Below are positions 36,916 to 48,089 of a stretch of DNA of 64,000 nt, in pieces. The stretch comes from Felis catus. Lineage: Eukaryota. Position 1 is the first letter of the stretch, and every line of letters begins with the position of its first letter. Position numbers and translations under genes: made by a program. Below the pieces are notes generated by a model, which was not told the DNA's origin, made no database searches, and was given only the letters and a program-made list of their open reading frames with translations. The stretch lies in contig NC_058368.1 in assembly GCF_018350175.1 (NCBI RefSeq), forward strand, positions 70,372,001 to 70,436,000, written 5' to 3'.

Positions 36916-37831
36916 GAAAGATATGGTTTGCTAGAAAATAGACTCCAACCTTCTGTGATATCGTGCTAATGAGAGTGCGTGCTCCAGGCAGCAGTGGGGA
37001 GGGAAGCAGGAAGGAGGCTGGACGGAGGGAGAGTCATCACAAAGGGGTGCATAGGGGCGGCTACAGCTTCATGAGAAGCATGGGCTGAAAGCCTGGACTT
37101 GCAGAATGTGTTCAGATGGGGGGAAGGGAGGGGGCATAAACTACTGCATCTCAGAACGTCTTCTGGAAGGAGTAGAATTTACTCTCTGGTTCCTCTTGGC
37201 TTCCTGTCTCTCACTAGTCAAAGGTTGGGGATTCCAATGACACGGATATTAGATGGTAAGTTATTGCCCCACAGGTGCCTGAGCCTCTGCTCTCTCTCTT
37301 TTTTCTTTTTTTCAGTCTACTTTTTCTCTTTCTTGCTCTCTGATCTTTGAATGCAATATTTCATGCCTGATGCCCATTGAGCCTGTTATCAAACCACCAT
37401 TTGTTTATATAACTGTCTTATTTGTGCTTCAGCATTTTACATGAAACCAGCCTTACAGAAATGAGTCACAGACCAAATATACAAACGATCAAAATGGCCA
37501 ATGTCTAAATAAATAAAACAGATTAAAAATTAAAGCTGACCACTAGGAGACCAGCGATAAAATATCCATCATTAAAAATTTAGTCCTTACTGATCTGATT
37601 AACATAAACTCATTAAAGTATTAACAAGAGGAGTAGGAGGCGAACTTAAAAGTAACAGATTGATGTATCCAATAACAGTTTGGAAAATCAATTTTTATTG
37701 TTGTCTTATTTTCTAGAGCATTTTCAAAGGAAGAGAATAACTTAGGTAAACCGTAACATATTTAAAAGAAAAGAAACTGTGCACGTCCTTTTTTGCCAAT
37801 TGCTCAGACTGATTATAAGAAGTTCAGTTTT

Positions 37832-38069
37832 GGGGCGCCTGGGTGGCGCAGTCGGTTAAGCATCCGACTTCAGCCAGGTCACGATCTCGCAGTCCAGGAG
37901 TTCGAGCCCCGCGTCAGGCTCTGGGCTGATGGCTCAGAGCCTGGAGCCTGTTTCCGATTCTGTGTCTCCCTCTCTCTCTGCCCCTCCCCCGTTCATGCTC
38001 TGTCTCTCTCTGTCCCAAAAATAAATAAACGTTGAAAAAAAAAATTTTTTTTTAAATAAAAAAAAAAAA
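37832..38069 (+). mobile_element. Young felid-type SINE
   Basis: TSD AAGTTCAGTTTT; CpG-rich. Confidence 0.96.
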
Positions 38070-38370
38070 AGTTCAGTTTTAACCTTTGGTCCTTCTGGCT
38101 TTCAAGCCAAAGGACACTCAGGGTGTACACATGTGACACATTGTCTAGGGGAGAATAGACCACAGCCACCAGTGCCTATTTCCTCTAACTCCCTGGAAAA
38201 TTCAAAATGAAAGTAACTCTGAATAAAGCCCCAGAAGAAGTCAAAGCTTTGGGGCCAAATGCACGGGAAGCTCTTCCAGCCAATACAAACGGGAGGTGGA
38301 GGAAGAGGAGAAATGAAGAGGTGCTACGGAGTGTGCTAAGAGGAGAGAGCTATTGAATGTAATTCTTTCC

Positions 38371-38540
38371 TTTTTATTTTAAGTGTTTATTTATTTATTT
38401 TGAGAGAGAGAATCCCAAGCAGGCTCCATGCTGTCCACGCAGAGCCCAACGCAGGGCTCGATCTCACAAACTGTGAGATCATGACCTGAGCCAAAATCAA
38501 GAGTCGGACGCTTAATCAACTGAGCCTCCCAGGCGTCCCT
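38371..38540 (-). mobile_element. Can-SINE
   Basis: TSD AATTCTTTC. Confidence 0.92.
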
Positions 38541-39320
38541 AATTCTTTCATTTTTAAAACTATTTGACCCTTTGGTCTCATAGACAAAGCAGGAAAGTGA
38601 AATTCTGTGTAAGGGAAGAGAAAAATTGGCACTATGAAGAATATGGAATTTAGCCCAGTATATTTTAACCAATTTAGAAATTCGCTGGAAAGGTTCTATG
38701 GGGAGAAGATGTGAAGGACCAGGTGAGAAGGAACAAATTTTGTTTGTTTTCCAGAAAACTGTCAGCTCTAATTCTCATCAAGGAGTCAGGGCCAGCACAT
38801 ACTTTTCAAACCTTAAAATATGTGGGACACCAAGGGCTCCCGAGTGTAGAGGGTGGAGCCCGGAGGAGCAGAGAAGCGGCAAGAGCTAGTCCAACTGAAT
38901 GAATAGAAGAAGTTAGATATGTCGAGGAAAATAAGGACTGTGCAAAATGACACACTCCTGTGTGTGTGTGTGTGTGTGTAGGTAGGTAGGTACGTGAGAA
39001 TTTTTGTGCAAAGGTAGAAAGCAGGATAAGGCATGGTTCCCGAAGATCGTGGAAGATTAAGAATCATTGAGGAGCACCAGACTAAGAATTTAACAAACGA
39101 GAGTGGAGAAGAGGCCAGCCAATGGGAAGTAGGCTCCAAAATAAGGTAGAAGGCAGATTTCATCCCTCTGGCTAAAATTTGAGGGATGATTCATCTCAAG
39201 GTTCCTGACACTGGGGAACACGTCTTCTAAGCCCATATTTGAGACACATACTCTTGATATGAATGGTTGAAAATGGATTTATGCCAGAAAATCCAGGAAC
39301 TATTATGGCTGCTGAATCAG

Positions 39321-39489
39321 CGGGGTTTTCACCCTCTGCACTATTGACATTTGGGGTGGGCATCGTGGGAAGGGTTGTCCTGTGCGTTGCAGGATGTTAA
39401 GCAAGTGTCCCATGCTCCTATCCACCAGATACCAGTAGCACCATCCTCCCAGGTGTAAGGATCAAATTGCCCTGGTTGAGAGTAACTGC
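39321..39489 (-). mobile_element. MER20 hAT MITE
   Basis: GCACTATTGACATTTGGG...TGTCCTGTGCGTTGCAGGATGTT...ACCAGTAGCACC...GGTTGAGAGTAACTG. Confidence 0.82.
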
Positions 39490-39661
39490 TTTGTCCGTAA
39501 TATACAGCGGCCCCATTTCACTGCTCGTCCTACTTAGGTTTTACGCCATTTATCGTATTATCTGACCATGCCTTCCTTCTGTAAACTCCCCCTTCTCTTG
39601 GCTCAGTGAGGCTTTATTCCCCTCCCTCTTCACTGTCTACTCTTTGTTAACTATCCTTCCA

Positions 39662-39873
39662 TTTTTTTTTAAGTTTATTTATTTTTGAGAGAGAGAGAGC
39701 GCACGTGCATGAGTGGGGGAGAGACAGAGAGAGAGGGAGACACAGAATCTGAAGCAGGCTCCAGGCTCTGAGCTGTCAGCACAGAGCCCAATGTGGGGCT
39801 TGAACTTACAGACTGTGAGATCATGACCTGAGCCAAAGTCAGACACTTAACCAACTGAGTCACCCAGATGCCC
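39662..39873 (-). mobile_element. Can-SINE (within decayed L2-like sequence)
   Basis: Reversed full SINE. Confidence 0.93.
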
Positions 39874-40237
39874 TTCTCCATCTTTTAGTGATTTAATCTG
39901 ATTTCACGAACTGCTTCCTTCCTCAAAGTACCTAACTCCCAGGCCCACAGGTGATATTCCGAAGCAATGGCTCCTGGTACAGCATGAGCACTTGCTGGGT
40001 GACTGGAGCCGTGAAATCAGCTAAATATCCATCGTGCGAATATCCATCTTTGCCCCTGAACTTGCTTCTAAACTACATACACACACTTCTAAATTTCTGC
40101 TCAGACTTTGGTGTATCCCTTTGGTGACTGAAGATAAAACTGTTCAGAAATGACTTCTCTCTGCTCTGGACTGTGTTTCCTATTTTCATTGATGGGATCT
40201 TCAGTTTTACTGTCCTTGAGGTTAGAAAGCTCTGAAA

Positions 40238-40420
40238 TGGGCGCCCGGGTGTCTCAGTCGGTTAAGGTTCAACTCTTGATTTTGATTCAGGTCATGATCT
40301 CACGGTGCATGAGTCTGTGTTGGGCTCTGTGCTGAAGGTGCAGAGCCTGTTTGGGTTTCTTTCTCTCCCTCTCTCTCTGCCTTTCTCTCTCAAAATAAAT
40401 AAACTTAAAAAAAAAAAAAA
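40238..40420 (+). mobile_element. Can-SINE
   Basis: Head and A tail; CTGAAA flanks. Confidence 0.9.
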
Positions 40421-40809
40421 CAATTCTGAAACAGCTTTGTCTTCTCTCCCTAAACAAGAACTTGGTTCTGTATCAAGATCTACGATTCTGTATCATTCTC
40501 TCTGCAATAAGTCCCTTTGATTCTACCTCTGCACTGTCTCTGATATCAGGGCTCCCCTTCCACACCACCAACACAGGTCAGATTCTCTTTCTCTCTCAAC
40601 TGGAGGCCTTCTCTCCACCTGCCTCCATTTTCCCCATCGACTTACATGTTTTCATAGTGCTTACATTTTAAGAAGAAGAAAATATGGATGAAGCGGATGC
40701 TAGACCTAGCGTTAATTCTAGCAAGAGTCAACATTCCCTGGATACATGAAGGGGAAATGTATGGTTGAATATATTTCACCCATCTCAGTAAGAGGTGCAT
40801 TTTCAGTAA

Positions 40810-41540
40810 ATTTTTTCCAATATTTTGTTATAAAAAATTTCAAGCATATAGAAAAGTTGAAAGAATTTTGCAGTAAATGTGCATATACCCACTGCCTAGA
40901 TTCCAGAATCATTTTACTAAGCCTATATCACCTATCTATCCATCTGTCCTTTCCTCTACGCATCTATCAATCCAGCTATGTTTCAAAATAAATTGCAGGC
41001 CTCTGTGTGTTTTCACCGGAAATACTTCAGCAAACACGCCATAATTAGAACTCAATATTTGTTACCAGTTGTTTCTTTCTCTTTTGAGGCAAAATGAACA
41101 AACAATGAGATGCTCAGATCTTAAGGAAACTACTCTGTGTGTTTCAACAAATGCATACACATGTGTAACTCAAATCCCATCAAGTTACAGAGCATTACAA
41201 TCACCCAGAAAGTTCCCTGACATCATTTCCTTGCTGGCGCCTGTCCCAAATCCACTCCAGAGGCAACCACTGTTCTGATGCTCTTCGACCATAGATTAGT
41301 TTTGCCTGTTTTAGAACGTTATATAAATGGGAATCACATAATCTGTGCTATTGTATGTGTAGATTCTTTTAGTCAGAATAAGGCTTTCAAGATGGCAGCC
41401 ATGTTGTTTCATGAATAAGTAGTTTGTCCCTTTCTATTGTTAAGTTTCTACTGTATAAATATACCACAGTTGGTTTATCCATTCTTCTATCAATGGGCAT
41501 CTAGCTGTTTCTAGTTTGGGGCAATATTTTCAATAAAACT
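40810..41540 (-). mobile_element. Old L1 3'-end fragments (L1MB/MC/ME-like)
   Basis: AATTTCAAGCATATAGAAAAGTTGAAAGAA and CCAGAGGCAACCACTGTTCTGAT..CCATAGATTAGTTTTGCCTGT. Confidence 0.8.
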
Positions 41541-41549
41541 CTATACTTC

Positions 41550-42515
41550 ATCATTCATCAAAGTTTGTAATATATTTTTGTTGTATTAATTATGGACTAA
41601 GAGTAATTATAATATCAACTCAATACAAAAGAAATGTTTATCACTTTCAATTTTATGGTCACAGAAAGTTAAGTTTATATGTACATTTTTTATTGCAAAT
41701 CATCATGAAAGGGTGAGTAATAAAAACTTTCAAGCATAAAAAATTACATGAGGATAAACTACTAAGGAAGAAGTAGAAAAGAAATAGAAGTCTGAGGAGA
41801 AACAAGAAACAATGTGAACTGTTCATCTGTAAAGATGATCTGTGCTTTAGGGGTGCCTGGGTGGCTCAGTCAGTTAAGTGTCCGACTTCAGCTCAGGCCA
41901 TGATCTAGCAGTCTGTGAGTTCAAGCCCAGCATCAGGCTCTGTGCTGACAGCTCAGAGCCTGGAGCCTGCTTTGGTTTCTGTCTCTGTCTCTCACTGCCC
42001 CTCCCCCACTCTTGCTCTGTCCCTCTCTCTCTCAAAATTAAAAAAAAGTTTAAAAAATTGGGGGAAAAAAAGTGATCTGTGTTTTTAAATGAATGATGTG
42101 ATTATTAAATTGCTATGGCATTTTTTAAGGCTTATTTATTTATTTTGAGAGAGAGAGAGAGAGAGTGTGTGTGTGTGTGTGTGTGTGTGTATGCATGTGT
42201 GTGTGTGAGAGAGCAGGGGAGGGGCAGAGGAAGAAGGAGGGAGAGAATCCTAAGCAGGCTCCACACCCAGCACAAAGCCCAACACAGGGCTTGATCTCAT
42301 GAACTGTGAGATCACGACCTATAAATTGCTATGGCACTTAGATGCCCTGTGTTTGTTTACCCAAAAGAGTAATGTGACAGTTTAAAAGTATTTTCATATT
42401 AAAAATTTTAATATTCAGTATTTATAATACTCCAGTAATGGCAAATTTATGATGAAAACAATTAGATGCCAACATAGAATTATGAAGAGGTTCACAATGT
42501 TCTCAAATTATTCTC
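41550..42515 (+). mobile_element. Old AT-rich hAT-Charlie-like remnant with Can-SINEs at 41849-42071 (+) and 42121-42320 (-, 5'-truncated)
   Basis: The SINEs are clear (TSDs TGATCTGTG and TAAATTGCTATGGCA). The host element is assigned by recalled similarity only. Confidence 0.55.
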
Positions 42516-42659
42516 CAAGCCCTATTCAGAATACCAGGAAAAAGAACTGAAGTTTTCCCCAATGCCTGCTGCTTCAGCAGACTTGGGTCCTGGATTTACC
42601 TCATCACTCTGCAGCTCCAATTGCCATCTTTGAATCTCACTGGGCCTTGAGAACACTAC

Positions 42660-43387
42660 TGAAAGAGCAGACCTAGGCCGGCCGACTCCATCTTGTTCTG
42701 TCCGCTCAAAACTCAGACCACGCCTCCTCCCCTTGAGTAACTTCCCGCTCACCCGTTCAACATGAGTTGGGGCCTAGGCATAGATCTGTGGTCAGGGAGC
42801 CATCCTGAGGATGTAGAACAGGTGGAGGAAAGCCTTGAGTTTCCTTGTTTCACCTAGGGGTGGGCTGGGATGAGTCACTGGGGAAAGGAGAGCTCAGATG
42901 AAGGTGGAAAGATGGCAAGAAAACCCTACAATCCAGCACTTACTCTCTCTGCACCCCTGAGAAAGAGGCTGGGTGACCTGAGGGCCAGACTCTTCTGATT
43001 TGGGGGAGCAGGCCCAAGACCACTGACGCTCTGAGAGCAGGAGCTCAAGGACAGGAGGGGGATGGGCTTTCCTCTTTGTAATCACTCTACTTTAAACCTT
43101 TCAAACCATGCCCCGAAACCTGCATGACGGGACTCTGGTCCTTCCCCAGCCAATTGGCTGAGGCCATGACCCTTCCCCAGCCAATCGGCTAAGGCCCTGA
43201 TCCCTATAAAACCTTTGTGCTCTTGAAACCACTCCCCCCCCCCCCCCCCCCCCCCCCCCCCGTGTCTCACCGCTGCCTCTTGCAGGTAGGGGATTGAGCT
43301 CAAGCTAGCTTGAATAAAGGCTCTTTGCTTTTGCATCTGACTCAACTCCCTGGTGGTCTTTGGGGATCACAAATTCTGGGCATAACA
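42660..43387 (+). mobile_element. ERV1/gammaretrovirus-type solo LTR
   Basis: TG...CA ends, 4-bp TSD CTAC, two CCAAT-containing 30-bp repeats, TATAAA at 43205, AATAAA at 43313. Confidence 0.9.
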
Positions 43388-44033
43388 CTACCAGTCAGGC
43401 AGCATCCACAGGGAGGTCTTGGTCATATTCTATGCCTCAGAATTACTGAAACTGAGGTGAGGACTTGGACCAAATACAGTCCAGATGGTCCATCAATGTG
43501 GTGTCATGAAACACTCATCTTCTCAGTCTGTGGTCTAGTGGATATGAACTTACATTTCAAAGCCTTGCACTGGGAAGATGGTATCTTTTCCATCATCACC
43601 TCTTCCCTTTTGCACCCATGTGGCTTGGAATACACTGAAAGAAATCAGAGATGTCTTTGCACTGGCCATTTTATTTTTCCTCTAAGAAAGCTTCTTTTTG
43701 CTGGAAACTAACATGCCACAGATCCCGTTACAGAAAATATTGGTTACAGAATTTTACAGGTTCCTTGTGTATTATATTTAGTTGTGTCCATTTACACAAT
43801 GTGAAAAGAGCCCATTAATTTGTGAAAAAAATGTAATAAAGTGGTAGGAACTGCATTAACAAAACCACTGATGAATTTTTAATTTGAATATCCTGGAGAC
43901 TTACTGAAACCTAAGGGTCATCAGTGAACTCAATCCATTGGGAAAGTCAAAGATTAATACCGTGCCCTTGTAAAATGTTTTTACAATTTTTTTCCCCAGA
44001 AAACGCTCACTGTTTCGTGTCAGAATTGCAGAG

Positions 44034-44380
44034 TTCTATGGACCGAATGTGCCTCTCCAAAATTCATATGTCAAAGTATAGATGCCCAATGTGATGGTAT
44101 TAGCAGGTGGGGCCTTTGGGAGGTGAAGACTCTGTCTCATCACTGGGATTAGTGCCCCTATAAAAGGGACCCCAGAGAGCAACCCACCCCTTCTGCCATG
44201 CGATGACACAGGAGGCAGGCATCTATTAACCTGGAAGTGGGTTCTTACGAGTCTCTGTATCTGCTGATGTCTTGACTTTGGACTTCCCAGTCTCCAGAAT
44301 TATGAGAAATAATAGTTTAAGCCACCCACCCAATCTATGGGGTTTTTTTTTTGTTATAGTAGCGTGAATGGATTAAGGCA
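44034..44380 (+). mobile_element. MaLR solo LTR (MLT1A-like)
   Basis: CCAAAATTCATATGT...GGTGGGGCCTTTGGGAGGTGA; 5-bp TSD CAGAG. Confidence 0.9.
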
Positions 44381-44451
44381 CAGAGTTTAGCGCACAATTA
44401 TTCCTAAGTATTTAAACTGTGTTTGTTCCCACCTCAATTAAGTGTAAACTG

Positions 44452-44563
44452 TTTTTTTAAAGACTTTATTTTTAAGCAATCTCTACACCTAACATGTGGC
44501 TTGAACTCACCGCCCCAAGATCAAGAGTTGCATGCTCTTCTGACTGAGCCGGCCAGGTGCCCA
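44452..44563 (-). mobile_element. Short Can-SINE
   Basis: Reversed short SINE. Confidence 0.88.
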
Positions 44564-45459
44564 AGTTAAACCTTTTTAAAGGCAGAGATGGTCTAATTCT
44601 TTTCTGCCCCTCACAGTCATGACCACTGAATTAGATACACAGCAAGTGCTTGATCTGGGGGTGATAGTCAAAATCTTCAACAGCCGGCTGGTTAGAACAT
44701 TGGCCATAGCGCTGTAGAGATCCCCAGCTGTGCCTAACATTTTTATTGCTGGATCTTAGTGAAATCCAGGGGTTCCAGGGAGGGGACCAAAGTAGTAAAG
44801 GGAGTGGCTATTTATCACCCAATACAAAACCATTTATGTTTTAGCAATTGATATGTAGCTACACCATCCAAAGAGCAAACATTTTGTGAAAAGAAAAAAT
44901 TGTAAAAGTATGAACATTAGTTCCTCTTAACAAGAGTCAACTGAGATCCAAGATGCAAATGTGTGCCCCAAAGTCACCCAGGTTAATAGCAGGACTGGAA
45001 ATCAGCATCTAGCTTTCTGGACTCCAGATATCACAGGCAGATAATTTGATGGGTTGGATGATGCTGTCGCTCTGCCTGGATCCCTGTCTACCATTACTTT
45101 CTTCCCCTCTCTGGGAGTGCTTTCAATTTCAATAAGCAACATGGGCTGTGTTTTTATGGAGAACTACCTTGTAGTTCCTGAATCCCACTAGCCTGCGGTG
45201 AAGTCCCTTGGGCGTGGTCTATAACCTGTGACTGGTGGGGTGCTGGCTCAGGACCTCTAGCTCCCTTGACTAGGGTGAGTTCACCATGAAGCATCATTTA
45301 CACTCCAAAGTCCCCCGGGGCCAGGTGATATCAACACAGCCCATGGAACCTGGCTGAGCACTCTGAGGTCTGCTCCCCTCACCCCTCCCTTAATGGTCTT
45401 CTGGGAGCACTTCCTTAACAAGTCCCTCCCATACCAACCCGATGGGAGGAAACCCAACT

Positions 45460-46460
45460 GTATGTGCTTCCTGGGGCTGCTGCAGCAAGTACTGGGGAGC
45501 CCAATGCAGTACAAATGAAATGTGTTCTCTCCCAGTTCCGGAGGCCACAAGTCTGGAATCAAGGGGCCGGGCAAGGTTGTGCTGCCTCTGAAGGCTCTAG
45601 GGGAGAATCTGCTCCACACCTTTCTCTTAGCTTCTGGGGTTGCCACAGTCCCTGGTGTGCCTTGGTTTGTAAACACATGACCTCAGGCTCCACCTCTGTC
45701 TTCGCATGGGGTTCTCCTGTGTCTGTGTTGTCTCTTCTTCCTATAAGGATACCAGTCATATTGGATTAGGGCCCATCCCCTAATGAGGATGGCTTCATTT
45801 TAAGTTGATTGTATCTGCAAAGGCTCTGTTTTCAAATTTGGTGACATTCGTGGGTCGGGAGGCCGGTGTTTGCTTAGGGCGGTGAAGGAAGGATTAGTTT
45901 CAGGCCTCTCTCTCTGGGCTTGTAGATGGATGTCTTCTCCCTGTGTCTTTTCATACCATCTTCCTTCTGTGCATGTCTGTCTCTGTGTCCTATTCCGCCC
46001 CTCCCATTTTTTAAAATGTTTATTTTTAAATGAGCAGAAGCGGGGGAGTGCCAGAGGAGGACAGAAGATCGGAAGCAGACTCTGTCCACAGCAGTGAGCC
46101 CAATGTGGGAGTCGAACCCACAAACCATGAGATCTTGGCCTGAGCTGAAGTCTGATGCGCAACTGACTGAGCCACCCAGGTGTCCCTCCTATTTCCCCTT
46201 TTTAGAAGGATACTTCTAAAAAGGGGAAATATCCTTCTAAATAGAAGGATATTTCCCCTTTTTAGAAGTCATATTGGATTACCACCCTAATTTTATTACC
46301 GTTGTAAAGACCCTTTCTCCAGATACTGTCACATTCTGAGGTAATGGGAATTAGGACTTCAATATAAGAATTTTGAGGGAACACAATTCAACCCATAATA
46401 GGAAGTCAGGATTTCAACGTATGGGGGAGGGGTGCACAACTCAATCTTCAACACTGACCT
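45460..46460 (-). mobile_element. Nested MaLR LTRs (MLT1B/C-like) with a Can-SINE at 46007-46186
   Basis: GAAGGCTCTAGGGGAGAATCTG, ATAAGGATACCAGTCATATTGGATTAGGGCCC and GTCACATTCTGAGGTA..ACAATTCAACCCATAA. Confidence 0.82.
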
Positions 46461-46490
46461 AAAACATTTTATTACTTCAAGATTTCATGA

Positions 46491-46794
46491 GAAACAAAAC
46501 AAATGAGCAAAGGGGGAAAAAGAGAGACAAGCCAAAAAACAGACCAAGCTATAACTAAGCTGTAGCTAAGACCAAGCTATAGCTAAGAAACAGACTCTTA
46601 GCTATAGAGAACACACTGATGGTTACCAGGGGGGAGGGGTGGAAGGATGGATGAAATACCTAATGGGGATTAAGGAGTACTTGTGATGAGCACTGGGTGA
46701 TGCATGGAATTGTTGAATCACTGTATTGTACACCTGAAACTGATATTACACTGATATAAACAAATATTAACTCAAATTAAAAAACTTTTTAAAA
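46491..46794 (+). mobile_element. Carnivore L1 3' end
   Basis: GATGAGCACTGGGTGATG...GAATCACTGTATTGTACACCTGAAACT; TSD AAGATTTCATGA. Confidence 0.88.
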
Positions 46795-46826
46795 AGATTT
46801 CATGAAGATCAAGAATATAAACACAG

Positions 46827-47052
46827 AGGGGCGCCTGGGTGGCGCAGTCGGTTAAGCGTCCGACTTCAGCCAGGTCATGATCTCGCGGTCCGTGAGTTCG
46901 AGCCCCGCGTCGGGCTCTGGGCTGATGGCTCAGAGCCTGGAGCCTGTTTCGGATTCTGTGTCTCCCTCTCTCTCTGCCCCTCCCCCGTTCATGCTCTGTC
47001 TCTCTCTGTCCCAAAAATAAATAAACGTTGAAAAAAAAATTAAAAAAAAAAA
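46827..47052 (+). mobile_element. Young felid-type SINE
   Basis: TSD AAGAATATAAACA; nearly all CpGs intact. Confidence 0.96.
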
Positions 47053-47263
47053 GAATATAAACAGAAAATCATGTGCACTGTATATATTATCCAGCAGTCA
47101 TATTTCCCAATTGTTATTCAAATGTATTCAAATACAATATTTTTATTTTTCTGAATCATCGACCATAAAATCAGGAACAATATTATGGCCTTATTAATGG
47201 GACTTGTGAATTTATAACATTTGTGTTTTTATTTACTACAGTCAAGGTTAGATGCTTATTTCT

Positions 47264-47502
47264 TTCTTTTTTTCTATCTGAACATTATTCTTTTTTTTTT
47301 TTTTTGGTTACATAAGTGATTTTATTTTTTTTATTTTTTTTCTCTTTTTTTTTTCTTCAATATATGAAGTTTATTGTCAAATTGGTTTCCATACAACACC
47401 CAGTGCTCATCCCAACAGGTGCCCTCCTCAGTACCCATCACCCACCCTCCCCTCCCTCCCACCCCCCATCAACCCTCAGTTTGTTCTCAGTTTTTAAGAG
47501 TC
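47264..47502 (-). mobile_element. 5'-truncated young felid L1 3' end with a composite tail
   Basis: G-rich 3' UTR (GGGATGAGCACTGGGTGTTGTATGGAAACC on minus); perfect 16-bp TSD TTAGATGCTTATTTCT. Confidence 0.92.
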
Positions 47503-47609
47503 TTAGATGCTTATTTCTGATAAGTATTTGTTTTGAATTGGAAATTATGTACCCTTAAGTGTTGTTTTGTGTGAAACAAATGAGTCATTAATAACACAAT
47601 AAATAAACT

Positions 47610-47825
47610 GTACGGTGGGTGAGAATGTGGGCTCCGGCATCCGACTGTGTAGGTTTACATCAGCTCTGTAACCTAGCTCTGCGACCTTAGGCAAGTTAAT
47701 TAATCTCCCTGAGCTTTTCATTCCTTCATCTATGATAGGGAGATGAGAACAGTAGTGTTATTCTGAAGCACTTCCCACAGTATTTGCTCGTAGTAAATAA
47801 ACACTGTTATCATTAGCTATTATTT
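47610..47825 (+). mobile_element. MIR
   Basis: GCGACCTTAGGCAAGTTAATTAATCTCCCTGAGC. Confidence 0.75.
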
Positions 47826-48089
47826 TGTCTGAATATTAGTTTATATGTAATAATTCTGAAAACAGAAAGACATAAAAGAAGTGAAATTTCTTATTATTTC
47901 TTTAGGTAAAACCTCATGCTTTTCCAGGAAACATCGCTAATGGTTTCCTTTAAAATGACAGGATACAACTAATTCTTTTCTATTTATCTTTCAGAATTTA
48001 ACTTTATATTACCAAAATAAGATTATCATTTGAACTCCTTTTATGGGAAAAAAATTTTAACTATATAATAGGGATTTTTTAAAAAAATA

